Positions 13,101-25,003 are shown, counted from the stretch's first letter. The stretch: 64,000 bases of DNA from Lingula anatina (GCA_051362555.1 CM120643.1:22758848-22822847); one strand, 5' to 3'. Translations and numbers: made by a program. Notes: generated by a model not told the origin, from the sequence alone.

Positions 13101-14075
13101 TGCTATTTGAAGGCTTGGAGTTTTTTGTACAAATATCTCACAATGCATAATATTGAGAAACATTCTTGTTTCAATTGTTTGGATATTTAGAGAATGTTAC
13201 ATAAAAATATCTAAGATGGATCTCTATATAAAATTGATCTCATCATAATGAAGATAATTAGATATTATAGATCAAGAATCTCTAGTTTTAAAGTTGTGAC
13301 CCAGTCTTAAAAAAAACAAAACAAATTTATGCAACATTCAGTTTATTCTCTAGTACCCACCACTGCTGTTGCCATGACAATAGAGCAGGGGAAAGATGTT
13401 CCAGGTATAGTTTCCCATTATTAAACACTCATTATTTTTATTTTTTGTGTATAATATAATTGGTACTGATTGAGTGATTATTTTACTGTACAGTATATGT
13501 ACTCTTCCCTAATATACTGATAACTTCTTCACATGTTAGACATCATGCACTCACTCAAATATCTTATCCTTTGTACTTTACTAATGTATTTATTTATGTA
13601 TTTCTGGGGTAGCGCTAGCAATTCTTTTGGCTTAGCCAAATCACCACTTTTTTGTCAATTTGTTATCAAAATGGTTATAATTTGACTAAAACAAGTCAAA
13701 TCAGGCCCATTTTCTTTAGCCAATTTAAGTCAGTTTTAGCATTTGGCTTAATTGGCGAGTGTTAGCGTTACCCCAGTATTTGTTTACGTTTTGCAAAATA
13801 AATAAATAAAACATATAATGCTGTTACTTATCTTATCCAGATTGGGTCAATCCTATGGCTGTGGCTGTGGCTGTCCTGGTCATTATCCTTCTGACTGTCC
13901 TAGCTTACTGTAACAGACAGAGAATAAAGAAATTGTGGGGTCAGCTTGATCACTGTGAGCACCGTTACTTTGGCAAGTGCAAGGAGTGCCTGATGCCAGA
14001 AACTGTATCTCAGCATACTGTAGAAACGGAGCCTATGCTACCGGGTAGGTGACTACCACACAGTATTCATATGTG

Positions 14076-14124
<49 letters not shown>

Positions 14125-16984
14125 TAATAGTAATAGTAAATGAAAATATTAAAAAAGTTTATTCAGTTACTGTATAAAGATATGGTGGAAAATGCATAAA
14201 GTATGAAAATTACTTTCCTAGATTATTGATAAAATTAGACTGAGATCCAAAGAAAAAGTTAGAAAGTCGTTGTCTAAAATGTGATAAAAAAGAGAGATGT
14301 ACTTGCATGTAAACAAAAAAATCGGTTGCAACATCCCAATGTCAGTAACACATATATATGACAAAAAAGGTTGTAAATTAAAGCTGAATATAATAGAAAT
14401 GCATCTTGTTTTGGGCTCAGGACAGTGGAAAACTGTTAGTCTACTTCTACCATTTTTTGTTATTTCATTCTTTTAAATTCTAGGTGTATTTCTTACTAAG
14501 CATTCAGAACCAGGGGAACGTAGTGATATGGCTCCAATGGGTAAGTATTAATTTCGTATTTTTTGTTTGTGTAATTCATATATGCAATGTTTCTTTTCTC
14601 AACTAATACAATGCTATAACAGAATGATTGTGCTGCCACATCTAATACAACAAAAAACTTCAGTTAATGCAGTGCTTTTTCTTTGAAACACAAAATGGCA
14701 GATTGGACCCTTGACTGTTACAAATAGGGCATGAGTCCCACAGATTGTTCACTTAAGTACCAAAAAACTTTTTAGGGAATTGGGGTGGCAGTGCAAGAAA
14801 TGCACCCCTTTTTTTTGATAGCTTGTATCCAACATAACAATTCATGCTTAGCTTTTTACTTTGGATTATGATAAGAATGGAGAGTTTAGACAAAGCTTAA
14901 TGGGACAGATTTTTGAAGTGTCTACACAATGATGGTAATTAAAAACACTGATGATTTATCTTTGATTGCATGTCAGTATAATTTCATAATTGGGTGATTG
15001 TTTAGTTAAAGTAATTTTAAGGAAAAAATCACAAATCTTTACACTAAAATGGAGTCTGTGGTCATTTACATATATACATGGGTCCATTGATTCATTATTA
15101 TTGTTATGAATGAGACAAATTTTCAGGCATTTATTCCACGTTTGGTAATTCTTTCTCATTAGATTCAGTTGTCCTTGAAAATGAAAGAGAAGGCAGGGAA
15201 TTAGCAACAGTGCATGGTGACTCCACCGAGTTGTCACACACTGCAGCCATTCCATTCCTGCACCAAAGCCAAGGTCAAACCCAAGGTCAAACTCAAGGTC
15301 AAGCCCAGAGTCATTCAAATTCAGATCCAAAAACAATTTACAACATATTTGGTGATAACTTAAAGCTCTGTTCATCTGGAAATGTTCAGGTTAATCAGAC
15401 TTTGAACTTCACATATGAACAAAACAAGGTCACAGAGGTTGAGGACAATAAAAATGGCCACATGAACAAACTGGAAATGCTTGAGCTTAACGGGACAGGA
15501 TCAGGCAGCATGGCTGCCCAGAGAGTATCTAACCCTGGGCTAGAAGAGCTGAAGAGCTGTGAGGACAACAATATGTACACGGATGATCAGTTGCATACTT
15601 TGAGTGGGCTTACTGGGTCCAGAATGACTGGCACTGCACAGCCAAATGTTCCCCTAGAAATGGAGAGATTGGACACGCCCAGGAAACTGCCTTCTGGTCA
15701 GTCAGACGAGGGCATTAATTTGAGTGAGAATGAGAGTGCACGCAGAGGTTTCGAGATATCAGATAGCCATGCTGAACACCCAGCAGAAACATCAAATGAA
15801 AGTGGGATAGAAACGTCAGGCAACAGAAGTGGGACCCCAACTTGTGAAGTGAACCCTGCTGCATCAGGCAATAGACCATCAGGGCATATCCAGATCAAGA
15901 AAGCACGGCATGTTGAGATAGACAACAGCGTATACATTGAAACCGATGCATCACCTGCAGACATTTTTCCGCATATTAACCAAAGTGATGTGACTGTGGA
16001 AGGATCTGAACATGTGAAAATAAATAAAAAGATACACTTCAAGAAACCAGCCTCTGCTAAAAACTCAACTCCAGAAAGCAATATTAATGCTGCTGCACCA
16101 TCAGCAGAGGGTGGCACCACTGTGTTAAATACCATGCCAGGTGGCACTGTTAGGCAGTCCAATACAGTCAGGTCAGAATACTTCACTGATTTTATTTTCA
16201 GTTTTTTTTTCACTGGAAAAACTTTGAATTGGAGAATGCTTGTTCAAGATTGTTTATCTAAATTAAAATGTCATTGCCCAAACTTTTTATTTATTACATC
16301 TAGCTGTTGTAATTTTGTAGTCCTTTGTAATAGCTTTTTATTCTTTTGTGTGTATACGATTGATTATAATTTAAATGAGTATATTCAAGAAGGTAAGTTG
16401 TTGACTTTAAGAGAAAATCATTTACAAACATTGATATGTAATCACAAATATGGGTTTTGCTTTCCAGGGATGTAGCTGAAAATGATGAAATGTTGAGTAG
16501 TGTTTCGGCTTTGTTAGCAGCTCCAACCCACTACCCACCAAAAACTGCCAGACCATCTTCAAAACCAGCTACAACCAAAGGCAAGCCAAGGCAATGCCAT
16601 GAGAGTCCGTCGCCTTCAGAAAACTCTTGCACCTGTGAGCGCTGTTGTTCAAACACCAAAGAACTCGAGTCAAGTTCTGAACTCTCCTATAGGTGCCAGC
16701 ACTGCAGTCTGCCCAGCTCAAACTACAAACCCTGTCCCTGTTCATCTTTGTCCCAAAATGGGCTACCTGAAAATGAAGGAAGAAACGATGTGAGAGACAG
16801 CACAGGGGAATTGTGCTCTGGTACATGTTGTTTATTGGAGGATGTGGGGGCAAGTACCTGTACCAACAATGAATTAGCTGGTACAGAAGACTTGCATAGT
16901 AACTTGAATGGGCAAGAATACCGCTGGGACTGGGATTTGTCAAGTTTACAGTCAGAAGAATCATCTGATACTGAAAAAGACTGA
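10125..16984 (+). CDS. TNF-receptor-like type I membrane protein with Sushi/CCP domain (~787 aa, 10 coding exons)
   Basis: Exons 10125-10144, 10344-10389, 10930-10997, 11540-11739, 12326-12517, 13354-13404, 13841-14044, 14484-14540, 15163-16171, 16468-16984 (2364 nt, in frame; alternative ATG at 10354). Signal peptide MMRLLAALQIIAVYVYLTCHVQA; CRD CPFWMYND...CKFCKVC...C...C; Sushi CEDINY...NG...CTLQCDGGYELQG...C...W...PRC; TM MAVAVAVLVIILLTVLAYC followed by RQRIKK. Sushi and TM calls are firm, the TNFR call less so. Confidence 0.8.
10615..10787. mobile_element. MITE with 5-bp TSD (family E, hAT5-like), copy 1
   Basis: ATAGT|CTGGGGTGGCGCTAGCA...TGTTAGCGCTACCCCAG|ATAGT. Confidence 0.85.
11068..11108. 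repeat. (AATAT)n microsatellite
   Basis: Direct reading. Confidence 0.9.
13604..13776. mobile_element. MITE with 5-bp TSD (family E, hAT5-like), copy 2
   Basis: TATTT|CTGGGGTAGCGCTAGCA...TGTTAGCGTTACCCCAG|TATTT. Confidence 0.85.
14078..14138. repeat. (AAT)n microsatellite
   Basis: Direct reading. Confidence 0.9.
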
Positions 16985-17879
16985 ATTCAATCTGTGTGTT
17001 AAAGAATTAGTGATACTTAATAGCTTGATTGATACTAAAGTTTTGCCTGCTCAAAACAGGAGGGTTATGTTATTTGAATGCATCACATAGCTTGCAAATG
17101 CTGAAAAGTTTCCTTTGCTATTATGCTATTATGTATTAATAAGCTATTATGCTTTAATGTCAACAGAATATGGATTCCTTGAATCAGTTGCAAACCTTTG
17201 AATGGTATAAGTATTGTATCTTCTAAATATTCCGCCTTAATACCAATCAAAGGTTTTTTGCTTTTCATGCAGCGAATCACTACTTTGTTGAAACTTGCAG
17301 AACTTTGAAAGTCTAGCTTTTGGTTGTATGTTATCAGGTGCAATGATAAAGCACTGCCAGGGTGTAGTAGGGGGAGGGGACATTAACTTGTTATATTAAT
17401 GTACATTACCAAGATTGAAGGCGTGAAATGTGCCAAGTGCCGTACTGCATAACGTGACCTACCTGTGCCTGCTGAGAACTAACTTCAAACAAACTTTGCG
17501 TATGTGGGGGCACCATAATTTTTAAGTTCCACAGTAAACATGCCAACAAGTGTGATTGCTGTGATTCCCCGCCCTCTCCTGGCCTTTCATGCCCTTTTAG
17601 TTGAATTCATCTTGACTATCAGTCTTCAAACGTACTATTAGCGCACTTGAAAATGACGTTTACTTGTACGAAATCTAGGGACTTGAAAACCCTGCCTCTA
17701 CTATCACGAAAATGCATGTGTTGGCACTCCTATTTTAGTTTTCTGATATGTACTATATGTGGTAAGCACACAAGTGCATCAAAAAAAAAAAAAAAAAAAA
17801 AAAAAGTGCTTGTGCGTGAAATTTCGTGTGACGTCTACATCTACATTTTGTTTGAAGTAAGCGTCTGTTTATCGACCCC

Positions 17880-17882
<3 letters not shown>

Positions 17883-17924
<42 letters not shown>
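17883..17924. repeat. (CA)n microsatellite
   Basis: Direct reading. Confidence 0.9.
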
Positions 17925-17926
<2 letters not shown>

Positions 17927-19517
17927 CAGTTGTGTTTGCGCATGACAAGTAACACATCTCTTGCATTTGGCACCTTCGGTTTTGGCGATCTTGTCACAGT
18001 ATTCTGTCTTCGTCCATGTATATTTTTGTTGCAAGCCCAACTAATGTCGTCTGACTCTTATCACTCCTGCCAAGTTGTCGGGGAAATTGTGACATTGCAA
18101 GAAAGCGCCGGAAGGTCTCGGGAGACGAAAAAAATTATTATTATTATTATTGTTATTATTATTATTATTCAAGCTTAAAATGAGAATGCTGACAATCAGT
18201 GATCCACATGCATATTATGCAAAAATTCACCTTCACCAAGCTTGTTATATGTACCTTAATCTTTGTTATTTGAATTTAGATTCAGTTGATTTATGACCAG
18301 ATGGGTACTTGATAACAAACTTAAACCGTCAGCAATGATTATGACTTAAGAATTTCCTATATTTTTCTCGTACCTCTATTTCTTAATTTTTGTGTGTCAG
18401 TGGAGGTGGTAGATGGGGGAGGGTTGAGTAGGTAGGCCAGCTCTGACATTTTGTCTCCATTCCTATGTTAAAACAAGTAGCACACAGGTGTGACAGGAAT
18501 GGTGTTCCTAGGAATAGAAGTCCGGGGTCCAGTATGATAAGTAAATGCTGGGGTTAGTGGGAGGAGTGGGGTTAGCATCTGAGACGAACGTCACCTGTAA
18601 AAAGTAACGGGGAACGGATTACGGTGCCTATTGGACTGTCATTTCTGTCACACCGACAATAATATTTGCACTGAGGAACTACATATCTTGGATTTCTTTC
18701 TTTTCAAATATGCCCTTAAAATGAAATGCTGCTCAGGTACTGAGGTACATATACAAATGTTGCAATTTAGTGTTAAAAAAAGATAGTTCACAAAATCCAT
18801 ACTCAAACAAGTCATTCAGTAGCTCAACACCTGGGTCTTATTTTATGGGCACATTTTGAAGGAAGACAGCACAGTTATGTATTTCCTCCGTGCACATATT
18901 ATTTTGCGTGCCTTGTCATTAGATAAGAAAAGGGAAAATATCAGGACTCCTTTATCTACTTAACATGCTTCTGGTTAGCTACCACCCATCTTGATTATTT
19001 AAAGGAAATTTAACATTCCTGTACCAATGGCAGCAATTTTCCATGCGTTACATAGTCCAGAAGTACTTGGGTAGACTGTTCTTGGGATGTCGGTAAAATC
19101 GTCCGATTTTCCATGCAGACGGTCCGTCCCCAAAGACGTGCTACGTGCTTGATGAAATTATACATTCTGCTAACTATATTATCTTTGTACAATCCATTCG
19201 CATGTGTATTGAAGCGAATGCACCAAACTGTTTAATAGCTTTCTGCATAATAAAATAAAATGAGTTATTGTCTTGAGATGATGTTTGAAACCCGAGACAC
19301 TATATAGGATCGTCCTTGTGTCTTAAATTTTCCGATTTATTCAAGTTGCCCGTAAAGGTGTACAAACATATGTAGTGTATCCTTTTTAGTTTATGAAAGA
19401 GTTATCATAGCCCCAGATCGTAGAATGCCTTTGTACAATGCTTTGAAACGTATATAATGAATAAATGAAGCGTCTTGCTAACGTGAAGTATGAAAGATAA
19501 GTGTTTTTCTTATTTAA

Positions 19518-19755
19518 AGCCTAGGTCCCAACCGAACGTACCGGGTGCTACGTGTGGTCTACGGTCAAAAAAATGGGGAAAACGTGGGAGTTCGTGCGTG
19601 AGGAGCAAGTCCATCGTGCGAATTTTGGAGGACGCAAACAGCACGTAGAAACTTTTCACCAATTACTTGATTTCTTCCCTGCGATCTAGCTACGTCTTAG
19701 CCGGACGCAAGGAACCTAAAAACCGTGCGTCCAAAACGTAGTTGGGACCTAGGCT
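19518..19755. mobile_element. PIF/Harbinger (Tourist-like) MITE (family B), copy 1
   Basis: TAA|AGCCTAGGTCCCAAC...GTTGGGACCTAGGCT|TAA; second copy at 62054-62307. Confidence 0.88.
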
Positions 19756-20100
19756 TAAAGGGATAATAACTCTTCGTATGATATCTTTATTTCACAATAA
19801 AAACATTGTGAACAACTCATAGAAATATAATATATTCTGTTTTACCACAAAAACAGCAGTTATAGCTATTATTCTGATATCTGAACTTGTCTTCAGATCA
19901 CTTGACTTCCATTGATGGCTGTACTCTGTTATAATCTCTTGAGAGATTTTAACAAAAAACCAAACTTTTTAGAAAAAAACCAGGGACTAACTTTGAATGT
20001 AAAAATGGATTCATTAACCATTGGTAAGTATGGGAAAATTGTTGTTTACTCCAGGAAAATTCATTTTTTTTGCCAAAACAAAGAGTTATTATCCCTTTAA
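19755..20100. mobile_element. Kolobok/T2-like MITE (family A), copy 2
   Basis: TTAA|AGGGATAATAACTCTT...AAGAGTTATTATCCCT|TTAA. Confidence 0.88.
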
Positions 20101-20110
20101 CGAGTTCTTT

Positions 20111-20229
20111 ACAGGCTGCTTGCCTCGTATTCGGAGGGTCTCGTGCAAAAGAAGGTTATTTCTTGTGTTTCAGGACTTCCGCGTTTGTTGAAATTGTCTT
20201 TCTAAAAATAGAATACAGGCCCAACTGGC
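20111..20229. repeat. Interspersed repeat fragment (family C), copy 1
   Basis: ~120 bp highly similar to 58925-59043, ending GAATACAGGCCCAACTGGC. Confidence 0.75.
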
Positions 20230-21937
20230 AAAAATTAAGTTGAAATATGACATATAATGCCAGAGCATAATCCTACAACAAACGGCTACAATTCATTCAC
20301 GTCCGACAGTCAATAGCTACATGCGAAATGCATGCCGATAAAAGAATCTTGGCTGACAACTATCAAAATTTTGATGTGAGTTACAAATGCATGCAATAAT
20401 ACCTGTAAAACAATATGCAATGCAGGGTGCAGGGTGCTCCACCAAAGCAGCTGTTATACTTATCATGGAAAATCAAAGAGACGCTTTGCTTTTTGCTTCA
20501 TTTTCAAAGTTGAATGCAATAGATATTTCTTAGTTTGATGGGAAATTTTTCTCCGTCTCAGTTGAATTACGTTATTGTTCATATTTGACAGAAGGACAAG
20601 TGACAGTGAAGCCAGTCTCCTCTCTCTTTGAACGCTGACTGCTGAGCTCCATGGGCCATATTTGATCTGCGGATCTGTTAATCCGCGGATCAACTTTTTC
20701 TGAATGCGCATATAAATAGAAATTAGTAGTACAAGACTTTGGCAGCGCAGGTGCTACCCGGCACGCGTGGAACGCGTTGAAAATGTTTATCACGGTAGAA
20801 ATGGGTATCGCCCAGCCAAATTTGAGAGCACGGCTGTTTTTATGCCTCTCGAATGTAATAAAGAAAGAAACCATGGTGAAATTTCTTTTTAATGTTATCA
20901 AAATTGCTTCGAATGAGCGTCAGTCGCAGATATCTGTAGCTTTAAATGTTTTTTTTTTATTCTTGGTGAGTTCAATCAAAAATTACAGGGGTTATTTTGG
21001 CAAACTCCTATTTCTGATTGATAACAATTCGAAGGTAAATTAATCTTCGGTATAACCACAGGTGTGGGCAAGTAAAGCAAGTAAAGTTTTTTTTATTCCC
21101 CGTTTGTTGCATTATACAGGGCGAGTTTTCAATCACGTCTCTATTTCATAATGAATTACTTTTACCGTATTTCTTGGTCCAGGTTTAAGCTAATTCCAGC
21201 GAAAACAACAATAAGTAATAAATTTTACTTTTAAAAATTGTCATGAGCTCAAGTGTGCGGACTTTGCGTGAGTGAAAACAATTTTAGCACTGCTTTGTCG
21301 TGACTCAATCCGGAGGAGAGGTTCAGTCTTTTGGCACGCAATTTTTAATTTGAAGCTCATAAAAACATATTTGGATTTTAGACAGAGTAAAATTCAAAAT
21401 TAGCCCAATAAACGTTTATAATATAAAAAGGGTGCATATTTGTTTTTATTTTTTATTTTTTAGTTTTGATTGAAATGATTAAACGCGGTTAAGCTATCTC
21501 CAATTTACGTTTCATTGTGAAGTGCCTCCTATTTAAAATGCAATTTAAATACCTGTTGTTAAGACAAGAGGAATAAAGCAGATTTGCATTTTGATAGTCA
21601 AAAAGAATTGGATGATAATACGATTGTCAGAGGCACACAATGATCGGATATTACGTGATATCTCAGCTTTTTTACACGCCTTTATGGTGATGAAATTGCA
21701 GTGACGTAGTGATTGATTTTACTTTTTCGATTCGAATAAAATACATGTGATACATAGAAAGTTATCAGACTTTCCATTGTGATATTACAAAACTTTATGG
21801 GAGTTTTCCACCTTGTTGCACCCGACCTGGCAACGAGAATTTTTCTAAACTGGTGTCTGGAAAACAAAGAGGAAAATTTTGAATTGATTGCTGGGTGTTC
21901 ATTGTTCTTGGTGTACGTTTGGGGAGGGATGGGGGGA

Positions 21938-21974
21938 GTGTGTGTGTGTGTGTGTGTGTGTGGGGGGGGGGGGG
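21938..21974. repeat. (GT)n + poly-G tract
   Basis: Direct reading. Confidence 0.85.
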
Positions 21975-24308
21975 TTCTTGCAGTTTGAAACGGGGGGTAC
22001 GGGGTTTGCATGGTGACGCATTTTGAACGGCAAAGCTATGCTGCACTACACTATACATTCACTACATTAGAACATGAACACACACAACACACTCTCTCAC
22101 ACACAAAATGTCAAAGAGGGCACTGACTGAATAGTGTCTCAAGCACCGATTATTCCAGCTCCTTACAGCAGACATGCTTCTTAAGTAAAAGGAGATGATG
22201 GAGGCATTGCGTACATGACTAGCATTATGTACATTATAGGTAGTATTAGGCCAAAATAAAGACCCCCACGTGCATTCTCAAATGTTACTTTGCAGCTAGG
22301 ACACTTCAAGGAAGGCTACGAAAACTAATATAGTTGTAGAAGTTCGGACAAAAAAACGCTTCAGTAGTTAAGTTGGTTAAGTAGGAAAATTGAAAAAAAA
22401 ATAATACAGCACTCAGAAAAATAAACGTCTTCCTCCGTCCCAGGTTCAGATACACAAGCCCAAGGATATATATGTTACCTCGGGCGCTCCCTCCCGGGCA
22501 TTTATTTACAGCTGACGTGTTGACCTGCGCAGTACCTCTCCTGTAGGGTTGTTATTAGCGGACACACATTGCGTACTCTCAGTCCCATTCATGATTCCCG
22601 CTGTACCAACTGTCGCCACTGAAACACTACCGACATTTCACATCTCAGAGATATCTAAGTGAAGAGAGAAGGGCCGAGACGCAGAGAGACTCAGCAACCA
22701 ACCCAGGGTGTTCACGGTTGAAGAGTTATACGTTGATATACGCCTTTTCTGATAGGTAGGCTGCTTTTATTATACACCTATGATAGTTTAAAATGACTAA
22801 AATGTACAAACGTCTACTCGTTCTGTTAGCCAGTTTACCGCGGACTTACAGTATGATTCAGATATTTTACGTTGACAAAAATATGATAAAACTTTTCTTG
22901 TAACAGGAATAATATGTACTCGGCGTACGTGCTGTAAACGGTATAATGAATCAATATATCATTCATCACGCTAGAATTTTTAAGATCCAATACCGAAATT
23001 CGAAAACAGGCCATCATTTGAAAGTCTGATTTAACGACGCATCACATTATCCCAGCATTATAAATAAAAGAACGACCGAAGTTATTTGTGAGAGCGATTA
23101 CTCTAATTACACGCTTATCAGAGCATGTCTACAAGCAAAAGGCCAGTGCCAGCATGCATACAGCATAGCAATTAAACACTACTAGAGTGCTCAGGTCAGG
23201 TTTGACGTACTTGGTGTAAACTCATTAATAACCTCGCTGAATTATTATTGAATACATCAGTATATATTTTTATCATTGTCAATTTATCATTAAACGCGTC
23301 TCAAAGCATCTTTCATCTATTAATACGAGGCCTCATTTAATCCTGTTATGTCCAAGCTCCGAATTGCGCAAATTTACACGACAAAATGAGTGAGGATTTA
23401 AGACGTCCCTAACCAGAGCTACAAATCACAATTTAGCTTCAAGTGAGACCGATGACCGTAAAAAAACAATGTGTTTATTCCAACATATGCTGTGATAAAT
23501 GACGAAGGCTTGGTTTCGGCAAATAGTTTTGGTCTCCAATGTAAATAGCTATTGTAAAGAAAAAACTTCCTTTTTTTACAGGCTACTGCGTCATAATAGT
23601 TAAGCATAAGGAGAAAAATGTATAGGCTGGTCCCGTAGCTACATTGCCTATGTCTTAGTAGAATCTATGGGTTCTATAGGCTCTAGGCTCAATACCGGCC
23701 TGAAGCCAGCAATTTCATGCTAAGGGGTCTTTTTAGTAAAAAGTGGGCCTTTTGACTGCGAAACCCAAATATTCATGAAGCCTAAATCACATTTTGATTC
23801 AGATCGAACATTTTTTCATGTCGATGTCGACCTTTCAATGCCCCCCCCCCCCCGCTTCCTGTCTACGGACATGCAATAGACTACCCGATAACTGTCCAAA
23901 GTTACTGCCACGCGGTTAGCGGCAAAGGTCTAAATACTCGTGTTTCCTCAAAGCTACTTGCCATTATTGTTTGCCGACATATTTTCAGCTTCAAAATCAG
24001 CGGGTAATTTGTTACTGCGACATCCAAGCTTGAAACCTTTGATAGATGACACGCAGTAATTATTAGCCCTAAAAGCTTTTAATTTTCTGGTCTATGCCAT
24101 GAAGCAGCTAAAAAAACGTAAGGCTAATTAGGATCGATATTATCTCCCAGCTGTTTAAACGTTGCCAGCTGAAAAAAACTTTCGCGAAATTCATCATTGT
24201 TATTTTGATAAATGTGACAATAAACGACTTATAGGTTTGCACGGCAGGTGATAGTTGTCTCTGCAGTAAGATCAAACATGAATAATTCAAATATAAATCA
24301 TCACGAGA

Positions 24309-24309
<1 letters not shown>

Positions 24310-24347
<38 letters not shown>
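24310..24347. repeat. (CA)n microsatellite
   Basis: Direct reading. Confidence 0.9.
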
Positions 24348-24350
<3 letters not shown>

Positions 24351-25003
24351 TAAACAGTAAATCAAAACAACCGGATTTCACCCCAGGAACATGAGGTGAA
24401 AGTCATCTGTCATCACGTATCACGTTTAATTAAATATAAGTCAGTTTATATTAGACTATTTGTTAGTCCTTTGAATTTACCAATTGGTGAACTTGGACCC
24501 AACATACACTATGGACATGTATACGATGGATCTAAACTGGAGACCCTGGGTCATTTCAAAACTATTAAGTCCCGAAAGCCGTTTCCGTAACGAAGGTGCA
24601 TTTTTTTAAAAAATTGAACATGACACCAGGACATGGTTTGAGCCATGGAGAGAAATGCGATGTGGATTTCGACCTAACATTTAGTCATGCCATCACATTT
24701 CAAAGGTTAAGAAAGCATCTCCCGTGGCTTTCCGTGTGCTGTGTCGTTTAGCGTATTGTGACTTTTTGTTTGGCAATTAAAATTGATATGGAAATGTTTT
24801 CCACTTTTTGATCGACTTTGATCTCACCAGGGCGATTGAGCACACTGGTGTTGTTGGTTGAATTATCACCATTATTTATTTTTTAGAAGCGGAGTTACTG
24901 TAAAAATTCCCTCATTTTTTAAAGCTCTTTTTGTGTCTTTCACATTAAGAAATAACAAAAAAGATGTAACATTAAAACACGAAACACGAAGGGATCTTCT
25001 ATC

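Noticed and set aside
16172-16467. Hydrophobic C-terminal part of the 421-aa ORF (possible second TM)
   Set aside because: T-rich intron read-through; donor at 16172 and acceptor at 16467 join in frame to the last exon. Intron retention is not excluded.
16915-16965. WDWDLSSLQSEE resembling the IKK NEMO-binding motif LDWSWL
   Set aside because: The core does not match; resemblance too weak without conservation data.
19912-20100. Similar short ORFs at 19912-20100 and 25161-25376 (KKPNFLEKNQGLTLN...) that look like a gene family
   Set aside because: Both lie inside family A MITE copies, the other copies are frameshifted, and there are no transposase motifs.
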